Shown here: positions 42,901 through 57,900 of the stretch, in pieces
Numbering within the stretch: position 1 is the stretch's first letter
Layout: each line of letters begins with the position of its first letter
From: Eledone cirrhosa
Lineage: Eukaryota
Assembly (NCBI GenBank): GCA_964016885.1
Contig: OZ024752.1
Location: 23,188,001 to 23,252,000, forward strand
DNA length: 64,000 nt
Reading direction: 5' to 3'
The notes under the pieces: model-generated
What the model was told of the DNA's origin: nothing
The model's database searches: none
What the model saw: the letters and a program-made list of their open reading frames with translations, nothing else
Program-made: the position numbers and the translations under genes

Positions 42901-45900
42901 TGATGTTCTAACGACTGTCATTCTATCTTACGTTCTAACAACTGTCATTCTATCTGACGTTCTAACGACTGTCATTCTATCTGACGTCCTAACGACTGTC
43001 ATTCTATCTAACCTTCTAGCGACTGTCATTCTATCTGACGTTCTAACGACTGTTATTCTATCTGACGTTCTAAAAACTGTCATTCTATCTGACGTTCTAA
43101 TGACTGTCATTCTATCTGACATTCTAGCAACTGTCATTCTATCTAACGTTCTAACAACTGTCATTCTATCTGACGTTCTAGCGACTGTCATTCTATCTGA
43201 CGTTCTAACGACTGTCATTCTACCTGACATTCTAGCAACTGTCATTCTACCTGACATTCTAGCAACTGTCATTCTATCTAACGTTCTAACAACTGTCATT
43301 CTATCTGACGTTGTAGCGACTGTCATTCTATCTGACATTCTAACGACTGTCATTCTATCAGACGTTCTAGCGACTGTCATTCTACCTGACGTTCTAGCGA
43401 CAGTCATTCTATCTGAAGTTCTAACAACTGTCATTTTATCTGATGTGCTAACGATGACATTCTATCTGACGTTTTAGCGACTGTAACTTTATCTGACGTG
43501 CTAACGACTGCCATTCTACCTGACGTTCTAGCGACTTTCATTCTATGTGACGTTCTAACAACTGTCATTCTATCTGACGTTCTAACGATTGTCATTCTAT
43601 CTGACGTTCTAACCACCGTCATTCTATCTGACGTTCTAATCACTGTCATTCTATATGACATTCTAGCAACTGTCATTCTATCTAACGTTCTAACCACTGT
43701 TATTCTATCTGATGTTCTAGCGACTGTCATTCCATCTGACGTTCTAACGACTGTCATTCTATCTGCCGTTCTAACGACTGTCATTCTATCTGCTGTTCTA
43801 ACGACTGTCATTCTATCTGACGTTCTAACAACTGTCATTCTATCTGACGTTCTAACCACTGTCATTCTATCTGATGTTCTAACGACTGTCATTCTATCTT
43901 ACGTTCTAACAACTGTCATTCTATCTGACGTTCTAACCACTGTCATTCTATCTGACGTTCTAGCGACTGTCATTCTATCTGACGTCCTAGCGACTGTCAT
44001 TCTATCTAACCTTCTAGCGACTGTCATTCTATCTGACGTTCTAACGACTGTCATTCTATCTGACGTTCTAACAACTGTCATTCTATCTGACGTTCTAATG
44101 ACTGTCATTCTATCTGACATTCTAGCGACTGTCATTCTATCTGACATTCAAACGACTGTCATTCTATCAGACGTTCTAGCGACTGTCATTCTACCTGACG
44201 TTCTAGCGACTGTAACTTTATCTGACGTGCTAACGACTGCCATTCTACCTGACGTTCTAACAACTGTCATTCTATCTGACGTTCTAACGATTGTCATTCT
44301 ATCTGACGTTCTAACCACTGTCATTCTATCTGACGTTCTAGCGACTATCATTCCATCTGACGTTCTAACGACTGTCATTTTATCTGACGTTCTAACGACT
44401 GTCATTCTATCTGACGTTCTAACAACTGGCATTCTATCTGACGTTCTAACGACTGTCATTCTATCTGACGTTCAAGCGACTGTCATTCTATTTCACGTTA
44501 AGACTGTCATTCTATCTGACATTCTAGCGATTGTCATTCTATCTGATGTTCTAACAATTGTCATTCTATCTGACGTTCTAATGACTGTAATTCTATCTGA
44601 CATTCTATCTAATGTTCTAACAACTGTCATTCTATCTGACGTTCTAGCGACTGTCATTCTATCTGACGTTCTAGCGACTGTCATTCTATCTGACGTTCTA
44701 ACAACTGTCATTCTATCTAACGTTCTAACGACTGTCATTATATCTGACGTTCTAGCGACTGTCATTCTATCTGACGTTCTAACGACTGTCATTCTATCTG
44801 ACGTTCTAACAACTGTCATTCTATCTAACGTTCTAACGACTGTCATTATATCTGACGTTCTAGCGACTGTCATTCTATCTGACATTCTAACCACTGTCAT
44901 TCTATCTGACGTTCTAGCAACTGTCATCCTACGTGACCCTCTAGCGACTGTCATTCTATCTGACGTTCTAACCACTGTCATTCTATCTGACGTTCTAGCG
45001 ACAGTCATTCTATCTGAAGTTCTAACGACTGTCATTTTATCTGATGTGCTAACGATGACATTCTATCTGACGTTCTAGCGACTGTAACTTTATCTGACGT
45101 GCTAACGACTGCCATTCTACCTGACGTTCTAGCGACTATCATTCTATGTGACGTTCTAACAACTGTCATTCTATCTGACGGTCTAACGATTGTCATTCTA
45201 TCTGACGTTCTAACCACCGTCATTCTATTTGAGTTCTAACGACTGTCATTCTATCTGACGTTCTAGCGATTGTCATTTTCTCTGACGTTCTAGTGACTGT
45301 CATTCTATCTGACGTTCTAACGACTGTCATTCTATCTGACGTTCAAGCGACTGTCATTCTATTTCACGTTCTAAAGACTGTCATTCTATCTGAAATTCTA
45401 GCGACTGTCATTCTATCTGACGTTCTAACAACCGTCATTCTATCTGACGTTCTAATGACTGTCATTCTATATGACATTCTAGCAACTGTCATTCTATCTA
45501 ACGTTCTAACCACTGTCATTCTATCTGATGTTCTAGCGACTGTCATTCCATCTGACGTTCTAACGACTGTCATTCTATATGCCGTTCTAACGACTGTCAT
45601 TCTATCTGATGTTCTAACGACTGTGATTCTATCTGACGTTCTAACAACTGTCATTCTATCTGACGTTCTAACCACTGTCATTCTATCTGATGTTCTAACG
45701 ACTGTCATTCTATCTCACGTTCTAACAACTGTCATTCTATCTGACGTTCTAACGACTGTCATTCTATCTGATTTTCTAACGACTGTCATTCTATCTGACG
45801 TTCTAGCGACTGTCATTCTATCTGAGTTCTAATGACTGTCATTCTATCTGACGTTCTAACCACTGTCATTCTATCTGACGTCCTAGCGACTGTCATTCTA

Positions 45901-47440
45901 TCTGACGTTCTAACCACTGTCATTCTATCTGACGTTCTAGCGATTGTCAACCTATCTGACTTTCTAACGACTGTCATTCTATCTGACGTTCTAACAACTG
46001 TCATTCTATCTGACGTTCTAGCGATTGTCATCCTATCTGACGTTCTAACGACTGTCATTCTATCTGACGTTCTAACGACTGTCATTCTATCTGACGTCCT
46101 AGCGACTGTCATTCTATCTAATATTCTAGCGACTGTCATTCTATCTGACGTTCTAACGTCTGTCATTCTATCTGACGTTCTAACAACTGTCATTCTATCT
46201 GACGTTCTAATGACTGTCATTCTATCTGACATTCTAGCAACTGTCATTCTATCTAACGTTCTAACAACTGTCATTCTATCTGACGTTCTAGCGAATGTCA
46301 TTCTATCTGACGTTCTAACGACTGTCATTCTACCTGACATTCTAGCAACTGTCATTCTATCTAACGTTCTAACAACTGTCATTCTATCTGACGTTCTAGC
46401 GACTGTCATTCTGTCAGACATTCTAACGACTGTCATTCTATCTGACGTTCTAGCGACTGTCATTCTACCTGACGTTCTAGTGACTGTAACTTTATCTGAC
46501 GTGCTAACGACTGCCATTCTACCTGACGTTCTAACAACTGTCATTCTATCTGACGTTCTAACGATTGTCATTCTATATGAAATTCTAGCGACTGTCATTC
46601 TATCTGACGTTCTAACAACCGTCATTCTATCTGACGTTCTAATGACTGTCATTCTATATGACATTCTAGCAACTGTCATTCTATATAACGTTCTAACCAC
46701 TGTCATTCTATCTGATGTTCTAGCGACTGTCATTCCATCTGACGTTCTAACGACTGTCATTCTATCTGCCGTTCTAACGACTGTCATTTTATCTGATGTT
46801 CTAACGACTGTCATTCTATCTGACGTTCTAACAACTGTCATTCTATCTGACGTTCTAACCACTGTCATTCTATCTGATGTTCTAACGACTGTCATTCTAT
46901 CTTACGTTCTAACAACTGTCATTCTATCTGACGTTCTAACGACTGTCATTCTATCTGATTTTCTAACGACTGTCATTCTATCTGACGTTCTAGCGACTGT
47001 CATTCTATCTGAGTTCTAATGACTGTTATTCTATCTGACGTTCTAACCACTGTCATTCTATCTGACGTCCTAGCAACTGTCATTCTATCTGACGTTCTAA
47101 CCTCTGTCATTCTATCTGACGTTCTAGCGATTGTCATCCTATCTGACATTCTAACGACTGTCATTCTATCTGACGTTCTAACGACTGTCATTCTATCTGA
47201 CGTTCTAGCGATTGTCATCCTATATGACGTTCTAACGACTGTCATTCTATCTGACGTTCTAACGACTGTCATTCTATCTGACGTCCTAGCGACTGTCATT
47301 CTATCTAACCTCCTAGCGACTGTCATTATATCTGACGTTCTAACGACTCATTCTATCTGACGTTCTAACAACTGTCATTCTATCTGACGTTCTAATGACT
47401 GTCATTCTATCTGACATTCTAGCAACTGTCATTCTATCTA
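31000..47440. repeat. ~9.6-kb-offset segmental duplication (about 31.0-40.57 kb versus 40.57-47.4 kb)
   Basis: Offsets are 9572 (31513/41085), 9653 (33778/43431) and 9515 (35517/45032). Shared rare marks are GTAAGTTTA, GACGCTCTA, GTTGTAGCG, CTAATCACT, TCTGCTGTT and ACAACTGGC. Confidence 0.85.
35226..39001. repeat. 1,888-bp tandem duplication (70x27-2) nested in the first 9.6-kb copy
   Basis: ORF pairs 35517/37405, 35778/37666 and 36318/38206 share this offset. Both copies carry the +1 T insertion GATTTTTCT (~36260, ~38148). Confidence 0.9.
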
Positions 47441-50400
47441 ACGTTCTAACGACTGTCATTATATCTGACGTTCTAGCGACTGTCATTCTATCTGACGTTC
47501 TAACGACTGTCATTCTATCTGACGTTCTAACAACTGTCATTCTATCTAACGTTCTAACGACTGTCATTATATCTGACGTTCTAGCGACTGTCATTCTATC
47601 TGACATTCTAACCACTGTCATTCTATCTGACGTTCTAGCAACTGTCATCCTACGTGACCCTCTAGCGACTGTCATTCTATCTGACGTTCTAACCACTGTC
47701 ATTCTATCTGACGTTCTAGCGACAGTCATTCTAACTGAAGTTCTAACGACTGTCATTTTATCTGATGTGCTAACGATGACATTCTATCTGACGTTCTAGC
47801 GACTGTAACTTTATCTGACGTGCTAACGACTGCCATTCTACCTGACGTTCTAGCGACTATCATTCTATGTGACGTTCTAACAACTGTCATTCTATCTGAC
47901 GTTCTAACGATTGTCATTCTATCTGACGTTCTAACCACCGTCATTCTATTTGAGTTCTAACGACTGTCATTCTATCTGACGTCATAGCGATTGTCATTCT
48001 ATCTGACGTTCTAGTGACTGTCATTCTATCTGACGTTCTAACGACTGTCATTCTATCTGACGTTCAAGCGACTGTCATTCTATTTCACGTTCTAAAGACT
48101 GTCATTCTATCTGAAATTCTAGCGACTGTCATTCTATCTGACGTTCTAACAACCGTCATTCTATCTGACGTTCTAATGACTGTCATTCTATATGACATTC
48201 TAGCAACTGTCATTCTATCTAACGTTCTAACCACTGTCATTCTATCTGATGTTCTAGCGACTGTCATTCCATCTGACGTTCTAACGACTGTCATTCTATA
48301 TGCCGTTCTAACGACTGTCATTCTATCTGATGTTCTAACGACTGTGATTCTATCTGACGTTCTAACAACTGTCATTCTATCTGACGTTCTAACCACTGTC
48401 ATTCTATCTGATGTTCTAACGACTGTCATTCTATCTTACGTTCTAACAACTGTCATTCTATCTGACGTTCTAACGACTGTCATTCTATCTGATTTTCTAA
48501 CGACTGTCATTCTATCTGACGTTCTAGCGACTGTCATTCTATCTGAGTTCTAATGACTGTCATTCTATCTGACGTTCTAACCACTGTCATTCTATCTGAC
48601 GTCCTAGCCACTGTCATTCTATCTGACGTTCTAACCACTGTCATTCTATCTGACGTTCTAGCGATTGTCATCCTATCTGACTTTCTAACGACTGTCATTC
48701 TATCTGACGTTCTAACAACTGTCATTCTATCTGACGTTCTAGCGATTGTCATCCTATCTGACGTTCTAACGACTGTCATTCTATCTGACGTTCTAACGAC
48801 TGTCATTCTATCTGACGTCCTAGCGACTGTCATTCTATCTAATATTCTAGCGACTGTCATTCTATCTGACGTTCTAACGTCTGTCATTCTATCTGACGTT
48901 CTAACAACTGTCATTCTATCTGACGTTCTAACGACTGTCATTCTATCTGATTTTCTAACGACTGTCATTCTATCTGACGTTCTAGCGACTGTCATTCTAT
49001 CTGAGTTCTAATGACTGTCATTCTATCTGACGTTCTAACCACTGTCATTCTATCTGACGTCCTAGCCACTGTCATTCTATCTGACGTTCTAACAACCGTC
49101 ATTCTATCTGACGTTCTAATGACTGTCATTCTATATGACATTCTAGCAACTGTCATTCTATATAACGTTCTAACCACTGTCATTCTATCTGATGTTCTAG
49201 CGACTGTCATTCCATCTGACGTTCTAACGACTGTCATTCTATCTGCCGTTCTAACGACTGTCATTTTATCTGATGTTCTAACGACTGTCATTCTATCTGA
49301 CGTTCTAACAACTGTCATTCTATCTGACGTTCTAACCACTGTCATTCTATCTGATGTTCTAACGACTGTCATTCTATCTTACGTTCTAACAACTGTCATT
49401 CTATCTGACGTTCTAACGACTGTCATTCTATCTGATTTTCTAACGACTGTCATTCTATCTGACGTTCTAGCGACTGTCATTCTATCTGAGTTCTAATGAC
49501 TGTTATTCTATCTGACGTTCTAACCACTGTCATTCTATCTGACGTCCTAGCAACTGTCATTCTATCTGACGTTCTAACCTCTGTCATTCTATCTGACGTT
49601 CTAGCGATTGTCATCCTATCTGACATTCTAACGACTGTCATTCTATCTGACGTTCTAACGACTGTCATTCTATCTGACGTTCTAGCGATTGTCATCCTAT
49701 ATGACGTTCTAACGACTGTAATTCTATCTGACGTTCTAACGACTGTCATTCTATCTGACGTCCTAGCGACTGTCATTCTATCTAACCTCCTAGCGACTGT
49801 CATTATATCTGACGTTCTAACGACTGTCATTCTATCTGACGTTCTAACAACTGTCATTCTATCTGACGTTCTAATGACTGTCATTCTATCTGACATTCTA
49901 GCAACTGTCATTCTATCTAACGTTCTAACAACTGTCATTCTATCTGACGTTCTAGCGACTGTCATTCTATCTGACGTTCTAGCGACTGTCATTCTATCTG
50001 ACGTTCTAACAACTGTCATTCTATCTAACGTTCTAACGACTGTCATTATATCTGACGTTCTAGCGACTGTCATTCTATCTGACGTTCTAACGACTGTCAT
50101 TCTATCTGACGTTCTAACAACTGTCATTCTATCTAACGTTCTAACGACTGTCATTATATCTGACGTTCTAGCGACTGTCATTCTATCTGACATTCTAACC
50201 ACTGTCATTCTATCTGACGTTCTAGCAACTGTCATCCTACGTGACCCTCTAGCGACTGTCATTCTATCTGACGTTCTAACCACTGTCATTCTATCTGACG
50301 TTCTAGCGACAGTCATTCTAACTGAAGTTCTAACGACTGTCATTTTATCTGATGTGCTAACGATGACATTCTATCTGACGTTCTAGCGACTGTAACTTTA

Positions 50401-51675
50401 TCTGACGTGCTAACGACTGCCATTCTACCTGACGTTCTAGCGACTATCATTCTATGTGACGTTCCAACAACTGTCATTCTATCTGACGTTCTAACGATTG
50501 TCATTCTATCTGACGTTCTAACCACCGTCATTCTATTTGAGTTCTAACGACTGTCATTCTATCTGACGTTCTAGCGATTGTCATTTTCTCTGACGTTCTA
50601 GTGACTGTCAATCTATCTGACGTTCTAACGACTGTCATTCTATCTGACGTTCAAGCGACTGTCATTCTATTTCACGTTCTAAAGACTGTCATTCTATCTG
50701 AAATTCTAGCGACTGTCATTCTATCTGACGTTCTAACAACCGTCATTCTATCTGACGTTCTAATGACTGTCATTCTATATGACATTCTAGCAACTGTCAT
50801 TCTATCTAACGTTCTAACCACTGTCATTCTATCTGATGTTCTAGCGACTGTCATTCCATCTGACGTTCTAACGACTGTCATTCTATATGCCGTTCTAACG
50901 ACTGTCATTCTATCTGATGTTCTAACGACTGTGATTCTATCTGACGTTCTAACAACTGTCATTCTATCTGACGTTCTAACCACTGTCATTCTATCTGATG
51001 TTCTAACGACTGTCATTCTATCTTACGTTCTAACAACTGTCATTCTATCTGACGTTCTAACGACTGTCATTCTATCTGATTTTCTAACGACTGTCATTCT
51101 ATCTGACGTTCTAGCGACTGTCATTCTATCTGAGTTCTAATGACTGTCATTCTATCTGACGTTCTAACCACTGTCATTCTATCTGACGTCCTAGCGACTG
51201 TCATTCTATCTGACGTTCTAACCACTGTCATTCTATCTGACGTTCTAGCGATTGTCATCCTATCTGACTTTCTAACGACTGTCATTCTATCTGACGTTCT
51301 AACAACTGTCATTCTATCTGACGTTCTAGCGATTGTCATCCTATCTGACGTTCTAACGACTGTCATTCTATCTGACGTTCTAACGACTGTCATTCTATCT
51401 GACGTCCTAGCGACTGTCATTCTATCTAATATTCTAGCGACTGTCATTCTATCTGACGTTCTAACGTCTGTCATTCTATCTGACGTTCTAACAACTGTCA
51501 TTCTATCTGACGTTCTAACGACTGTCATTCTATCTGATTTTCTAACGACTGTCATTCTATCTGACGTTCTAGCGACTGTCATTCTATCTGAGTTCTAATG
51601 ACTGTCATTCTATCTGACGTTCTAACCACTGTCATTCTATCTGACGTCCTAGCGACTGTCATTCTATCTGACGTT
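46610..51675. repeat. ~2.5-2.6-kb tandem duplication
   Basis: Offsets are 2477 (47019/49496), then 2587 (47753/50340, 48553/51140, 49011/51598). CTAACTGAAG is shared at ~47731 and ~50318. Confidence 0.85.
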
Positions 51676-54600
51676 CTAACCACTGTCATTCTATCTGACG
51701 TTCTAGCGATTGTCATCCTATCTGACGTTCTAATGACTGTCATTCTATCTGACATTCTAGCAACTGTCATTCTATCTAACGTTCTAACAACTGTCATTCT
51801 ATCTGACGTTCTAGCGACTGTCATTCTATCTGACGTTCTAACGACTGTCATTCTACCTGACATTCTAGCAACTGTCATTCTATCTAACGTTCTAACAACT
51901 GTCATTCTATCTGACGTTCTAGCGACTGTCATTCTGTCAGACATTCTAACGACTGTCATTCTATCTGACGTTCAAGCGACTGTCATTCTACCTGACGTTC
52001 TAGTGACTGTAACTTTATCTGACGTGCTAACGACTGCCATTCTACCTGACGTTCTAACAACTGTCATTCTATCTGACGTTCTAACGATTGTCATTCTATC
52101 TGAAATTCTAGCGACTGTCATTCTATCTGACGTTCTAACAACCGTCATTCTATCTGACGTTCTAATGACTGTCATTCTATATGACATTCTAGCAACTGTC
52201 ATTCTATATAACGTTCTAACCACTGTCATTCTATCTGATGTTCTAGCGACTGTCATTCCATCTGACGTTCTAACGACTGTCATTCTATCTGCCGTTCTAA
52301 CGACTGTCATTTTATCTGATGTTCTAACGACTGTCATTCTATCTGACGTTCTAACAACTGTCATTCTATCTGACGTTCTAACCACTGTCATTCTATCTGA
52401 TGTTCTAACGACTGTCATTCTATCTTACGTTCTAACAACTGTCATTCTATCTGACGTTCTAATGACTGTCATTCTATATGACATTCTAGCAACTGTCATT
52501 CTATATAACGTTCTAACCACTGTCATTCTATCTGATGATCTAGCGACTGTCATTCCATCTGACGTTCTAACGACTGTCATTCTATCTGATTTTCTAACGA
52601 CTGTCATTCTATCTGACGTTCTAGCGACTGTCATTCTATCTGAGTTCTAATGACTGTTATTCTATCTGACGTTCTAACCACTGTCATTCTATCTGACGTC
52701 CTAGCAACTGTCATTCTATCTGACGTTCTAACCTCTGTCATTCTATCTGACGTTCTAGCGATTGTCATCCTATCTGACATTCTAACGACTGTCATTCTAT
52801 CTGACGTTCTAACGACTGTCATTCTATCTGACGTTCTAGCGATTGTCATCCTATATGACGTTCTAACGACTGTCATTCTATCTGACGTTCTAATGACTGT
52901 CATTCTATCTGTCATTCTAGCAACTGTCATTCTATCTAACGTTCTAACAACTGTCATTCTATCTGACGTTCTAGCGACTGTCATTCTATCTGACGTTCTA
53001 ACGACTGTCATTCTACCTGAGATTCTAGCAACTGTCATTCTATCTAACGTTCTAACAACTGTCATTCTATCTGACGTTGTAGCGACTGTCATTCTATCTG
53101 ACATTCTAACGACTGTCATTCTATCAGACGTTCTAGCGACTGTCATTCTACCTGACGTTCTAGCGACTGTAACTTTATCTGACGTGCTAACGACTGCCAT
53201 TCTACCTGACGTTCTAACAACTGTCATTCTATCTGACGTTCTAACGATCGTCATTCTATCTGACGTTCTAACCACTGTCATTCTATCTGACGTTCTAGCG
53301 ACTATCATTCCATCTGACGTTCTAACGACTCTCATTCTATCTGACATCCTAGCGACTGTCATTCTATCTGACGTTCTAACGACTGTCATTTTATCTGACG
53401 TTCTAACGACTGTCATTCTATCTGACGTTCAAGCGACTGTCATTCTATTTCACGTTATAAAGACTGTCATTCTATCTGACATTCTAGCGATTGTCATTCT
53501 ATCTGACGTTCTAACAATTGTCATTCTATCTGACGTTCTAATGACTGTAATTCTATCTGACATTCTATCTAATGTTCTAACAACTGTCATTCTATCTGAC
53601 GTTCTAGCGACTGTCATTCTATCTGACGTTCTAGCGACTGTCATTCTATCTGACGTTCTAACAACTGTCATTCTATCTAACGTTCTAACGACTGTCATTA
53701 TATCTGACGTTCTAGCGACTGTCATTCTATCTGACATTGTAACCACTGTCATTCTATCTGACGTTCTAGCAACTGTCATCCTACGTGACCCTCTAGCGAC
53801 TGTCATTCTATCTGACGTTCTAACCACTGTCATTCTATCTGACGTTCTAGCGACAGTCATTCTATCTGAAGTTCTAACGACTGTCATTTTATCTGATGTG
53901 CTAACGATGACATTCTATCTGACGTTCTAGCGACAGTAACTTTATCTGACGTGCTAACGACTGCCATTCTACCTGACGTTCTAGCGACTTTCATTCTATG
54001 TGACGTTCTAACAACTGTCATTCTATCTGACGTTCTAACGATTGTCATTCTATCTGACGTTCTAACCACCGTCATTCTATCTGAGTTCTAACGCCTGTCA
54101 TTCTATCTGACGTCCTACCGACTGTCATTCTATCTGACGTTCTAACCAATGTCATTCTATCTGACGTTCTAGCGATTGTCATTTTCTCTGACGTTCTAGT
54201 GACTGTCATTCTATCTGACGTTCTAACGACTGTCATTCTATCTGATGTTCAAGCGACTGTCATTCTATTTCACGTTCTAAAGACTGTCATTCTATCTGAA
54301 ATTCTAGCGACTGTCATTCTATCTGACGTTCTAACAACCGTCATTCTATCTGACGTTCTAATGACTGTCATTCTATATGACATTCTAGCAACTGTCATTC
54401 TATCTAACGTTCTAACCACTGTCATTCTATCTGATGTTCTAGCGACTGTCATTCCATCTGACGTTCTAACGACTGTCATTCTATCTGACGTTCTAACCAC
54501 TGTCATTCTATCTGATGTTCTAACGACTGTCATTCTATCTTACGTTCTAACAACTGTCATTCTATCTGACGTTCTAACGACTGTCATTCTATCTGATTTT

Positions 54601-54999
54601 CTAACGACTGTCATTCTATCTGACATTCTAGCGACTGTCATTCTATCTGAGTTCTAATGACTGTCATTCTATCTGACGTTCTAACGACTGTCATTCTATC
54701 TGACGTCCTAGCGACTGTCATTCTATCTAATATTCTAGCGACTGTCATTCTATCTGACGTTCTAACGTCTGTCATTCTATCTGACGTTCTAACAACTGTC
54801 ATTCTATCTGACGTTCTAATGACTGTCATTCTATCTGACATTCTAGCAACTGTCATTCTATCTAACGTTCTAACAACTGTCATTCTATCTGACGTTCTAG
54901 CGACTGTCATTCTATCTGACGTTCTAACGACTGTCATTCTACCTGACATTCTAGCAACTGTCATTCTATCTAACGTTCTAACAACTGTCATTCTATCTG

Positions 55000-57900
55000 A
55001 CGTTCTAGCGACTGTCATTCTGTCAGACATTCTAACGACTGTCATTCTATCTGACGTTCTAGCGACTGTCATTCTACCTGACGTTCTAGTGACTGTAACT
55101 TTATTTGACGTGCTAACGACTGTCATTCTATCTGACGTTCTAACGACTGTCATTTTATCTGACGTTCTAACGACTGTCATTCTATCTGACGTGCTAACAA
55201 CTGTCATTCTATCTGACGTTCTAACGACTGTCATTCTATTTCACGTTATAAAGACTGTCATTCTATCTGACATTCTAGCGATTGTCATTCTATCTGACGT
55301 TCTAACCACTGTCATTCTATCTGACGTCCTAGCGACTGTCATTCTATCTGACGTTCTAACCACTGTCATTCTATTTGACGTTCTAGCGATTGTCATCCTA
55401 TCTGACGTTCTAACGACTGTCATTCTATCTGACGTCTAACGACTGTCATTCTATCTGACGTCCTAGCGACTGTCATTCTATCTAATATTCTAGCGACTGT
55501 CATTCTATCTGACGTTCTAACGTCTGTCATTCTATCTGACGTTCTAACAACTGTCATTCTATCTGACGTTCTAATGACTGTCATTCTATCTGACATTCTA
55601 GCAACTGTCATTCTATCTAACGTTCTAACAACTGTCATTCTATCTGACGTTCTAGCGACTGTCATTCTATCTGACGTTCTAACGACTGTCATTCTACCTG
55701 ACATTCTAGCAACTGTCATTCTACCTGACGTTCTATGAACTGTCATTCTATCTGACGTTCTAACGATTGTCATTCTATCTAATATTCTAGCGACTGTCAT
55801 TCTATCTGACGTCCTAGCGACTGTCATTCTATCTATTATTCTAGCGACTGTCATTCTATCTGACGTTCTAACGTCTGTCATTCTATCTGACGTTCTAACA
55901 ACTGTCATTCTATCTGACGTTCTAACCACTGTCATTCTATCTGACGTTCTAGCGACTATCATTCCATCTGACGTTCTAACGACTCTCATTCCATCTGACG
56001 TCCTAACGACTGTCATTCTATCTGACGTTCTAACGACTGTCCTTCTATCTGACGTTCTAGAGACTGTTATTCTATCTGAATTTCTAACGACTGTCATTCT
56101 ATCTGACGTTCTAACGTCTGTCATTTGATCTGATGTTCTAACGATTCTCATTCTATATGACGTTCTAACAACTGTCATTCTATCTAACGTTCTAACGACT
56201 GTCATTATATCTAACGTTCTAGCGACTGTCATTCTATCTGACGCTCTAACGACTGTCATTCTATCTGACGTTCTAACAACTGTCATTCTATCTAACGTTC
56301 TAACGACTGTCATTATATCTGACGTTCTAGCGACTGTCATTCTATCTGACATTCTAACCACTGTCATTCTATCTGACGTTCTAGCAACTGTCATCCTACG
56401 TGACCCTCTAGCGACTGTCATTCTATCTGACGTTCTAACCACTGTCATTCTATCTGACGTTCTAGCGACAGTCATTCTATCTGAAGTTCTAACGACTGTC
56501 ATTTTATCTGATGTGCTAACGATGACATTCTATCTGACGTTTTAGCGACTGTAACTTTATCTGACGTGCTAACGACTGCCATTCTACCTGACGTTCTAGC
56601 GACTTTCATTCTATGTGACGTTCTAACAACTGTCATTCTATCTGACGTTCTAACGATTGTCATTCTATCTGACGTTCTAACCACCGTCATTCTATCTGAG
56701 TTCTAACGACTGTCATTCTATCTGACGTCCTAGCGACTGTCATTCTATCTGACGATCTAACCAATGTCATTCTATCTGACGTTCTAGCGATTGTCATTTT
56801 CTCTGACGTTCTAGTGACTGTCATTCTATCTGACGTTCTAACGACTGTCATTCTATCTGACGTTCAAGCGACTGTCAAAGACTGTCATTCTATCTGAAAT
56901 TCTAGCGACTGTCATTCTATCTGACGTTCTAACAACCGTCATTCTATCTGACGTTCTAATGACTGTCATTCTATATGACATTCTAGCAACTGTTATTCTA
57001 TCTGACGTTCTAACGACTGTCATTCTATCTGCCGTTCTAACGACTGTCATTCTATCTGATGTTCTAACGACTGTCATTCTATCTGACGTTCTAACAACTG
57101 TCATTCTATCTGACGTTCTAACCACTGTCATTCTATCTGATGTTCTAACGACTGTCATTCTATCTTACGTTCTAACAACTGTCATTCTATCTGACGTTCT
57201 AACGACTGTCATTCTATCTGATTTTCTAACGACTGTCATTCTATCTGACGTTCTAGCGACTGTCATTCTATCTGAGTTCTAAGACTGTCATTCTATCTGA
57301 CGTTCTAACCACTGTCATTCTATCTGACGTCCTAGCGACTGTCATTCTATCTGACGTTCTAACCACTGTCATTCTATCTGACGTTCTAGCGATTGTCATC
57401 CTATCTGACTTTCTAACGACTGTCATTCTATCTGACGTTCTAACGACTGTCATTCTATCTGACGTTCTAGCGATTGTCATCCTATCTGACGTTCTAACGA
57501 CTGTCATTCTATCTGACGTTCTAACGACTGTCATTCTATCTGACGTCCTAGCGACTGTCATTCTATCTAATATTCTAGCGACTGTCATTCTATCTGACGT
57601 TCTAACGTCTGTCATTCTATCTGACGTTCTAACAACTGTCATTCTATCTGATGTTCTAATGAGTGTCATTCTATCTGACATTCTAGCAACTGTCATTCTA
57701 TCTAACGTTCTAACAACTGTCATTCTATCTGACGTTCTAGCGACTGTCATTCTATCTGACGTTCTAACGACTGTCATTCTACCTGACATTCTAGCAACTG
57801 TTATTCTATCTAACGTTCTAACAACTGTCATTCTATCTGACGTTTTAGCGACTGTCATTCTGTCAGACATTCTAACGACTGTCATTCAATCTGACGTTCT

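Noticed and set aside
17735-57290. Singleton 1-bp deletions (~17740, ~30113, ~55435, ~57282)
   Set aside because: Each occurs in one copy only and cannot be distinguished from consensus errors without reads.
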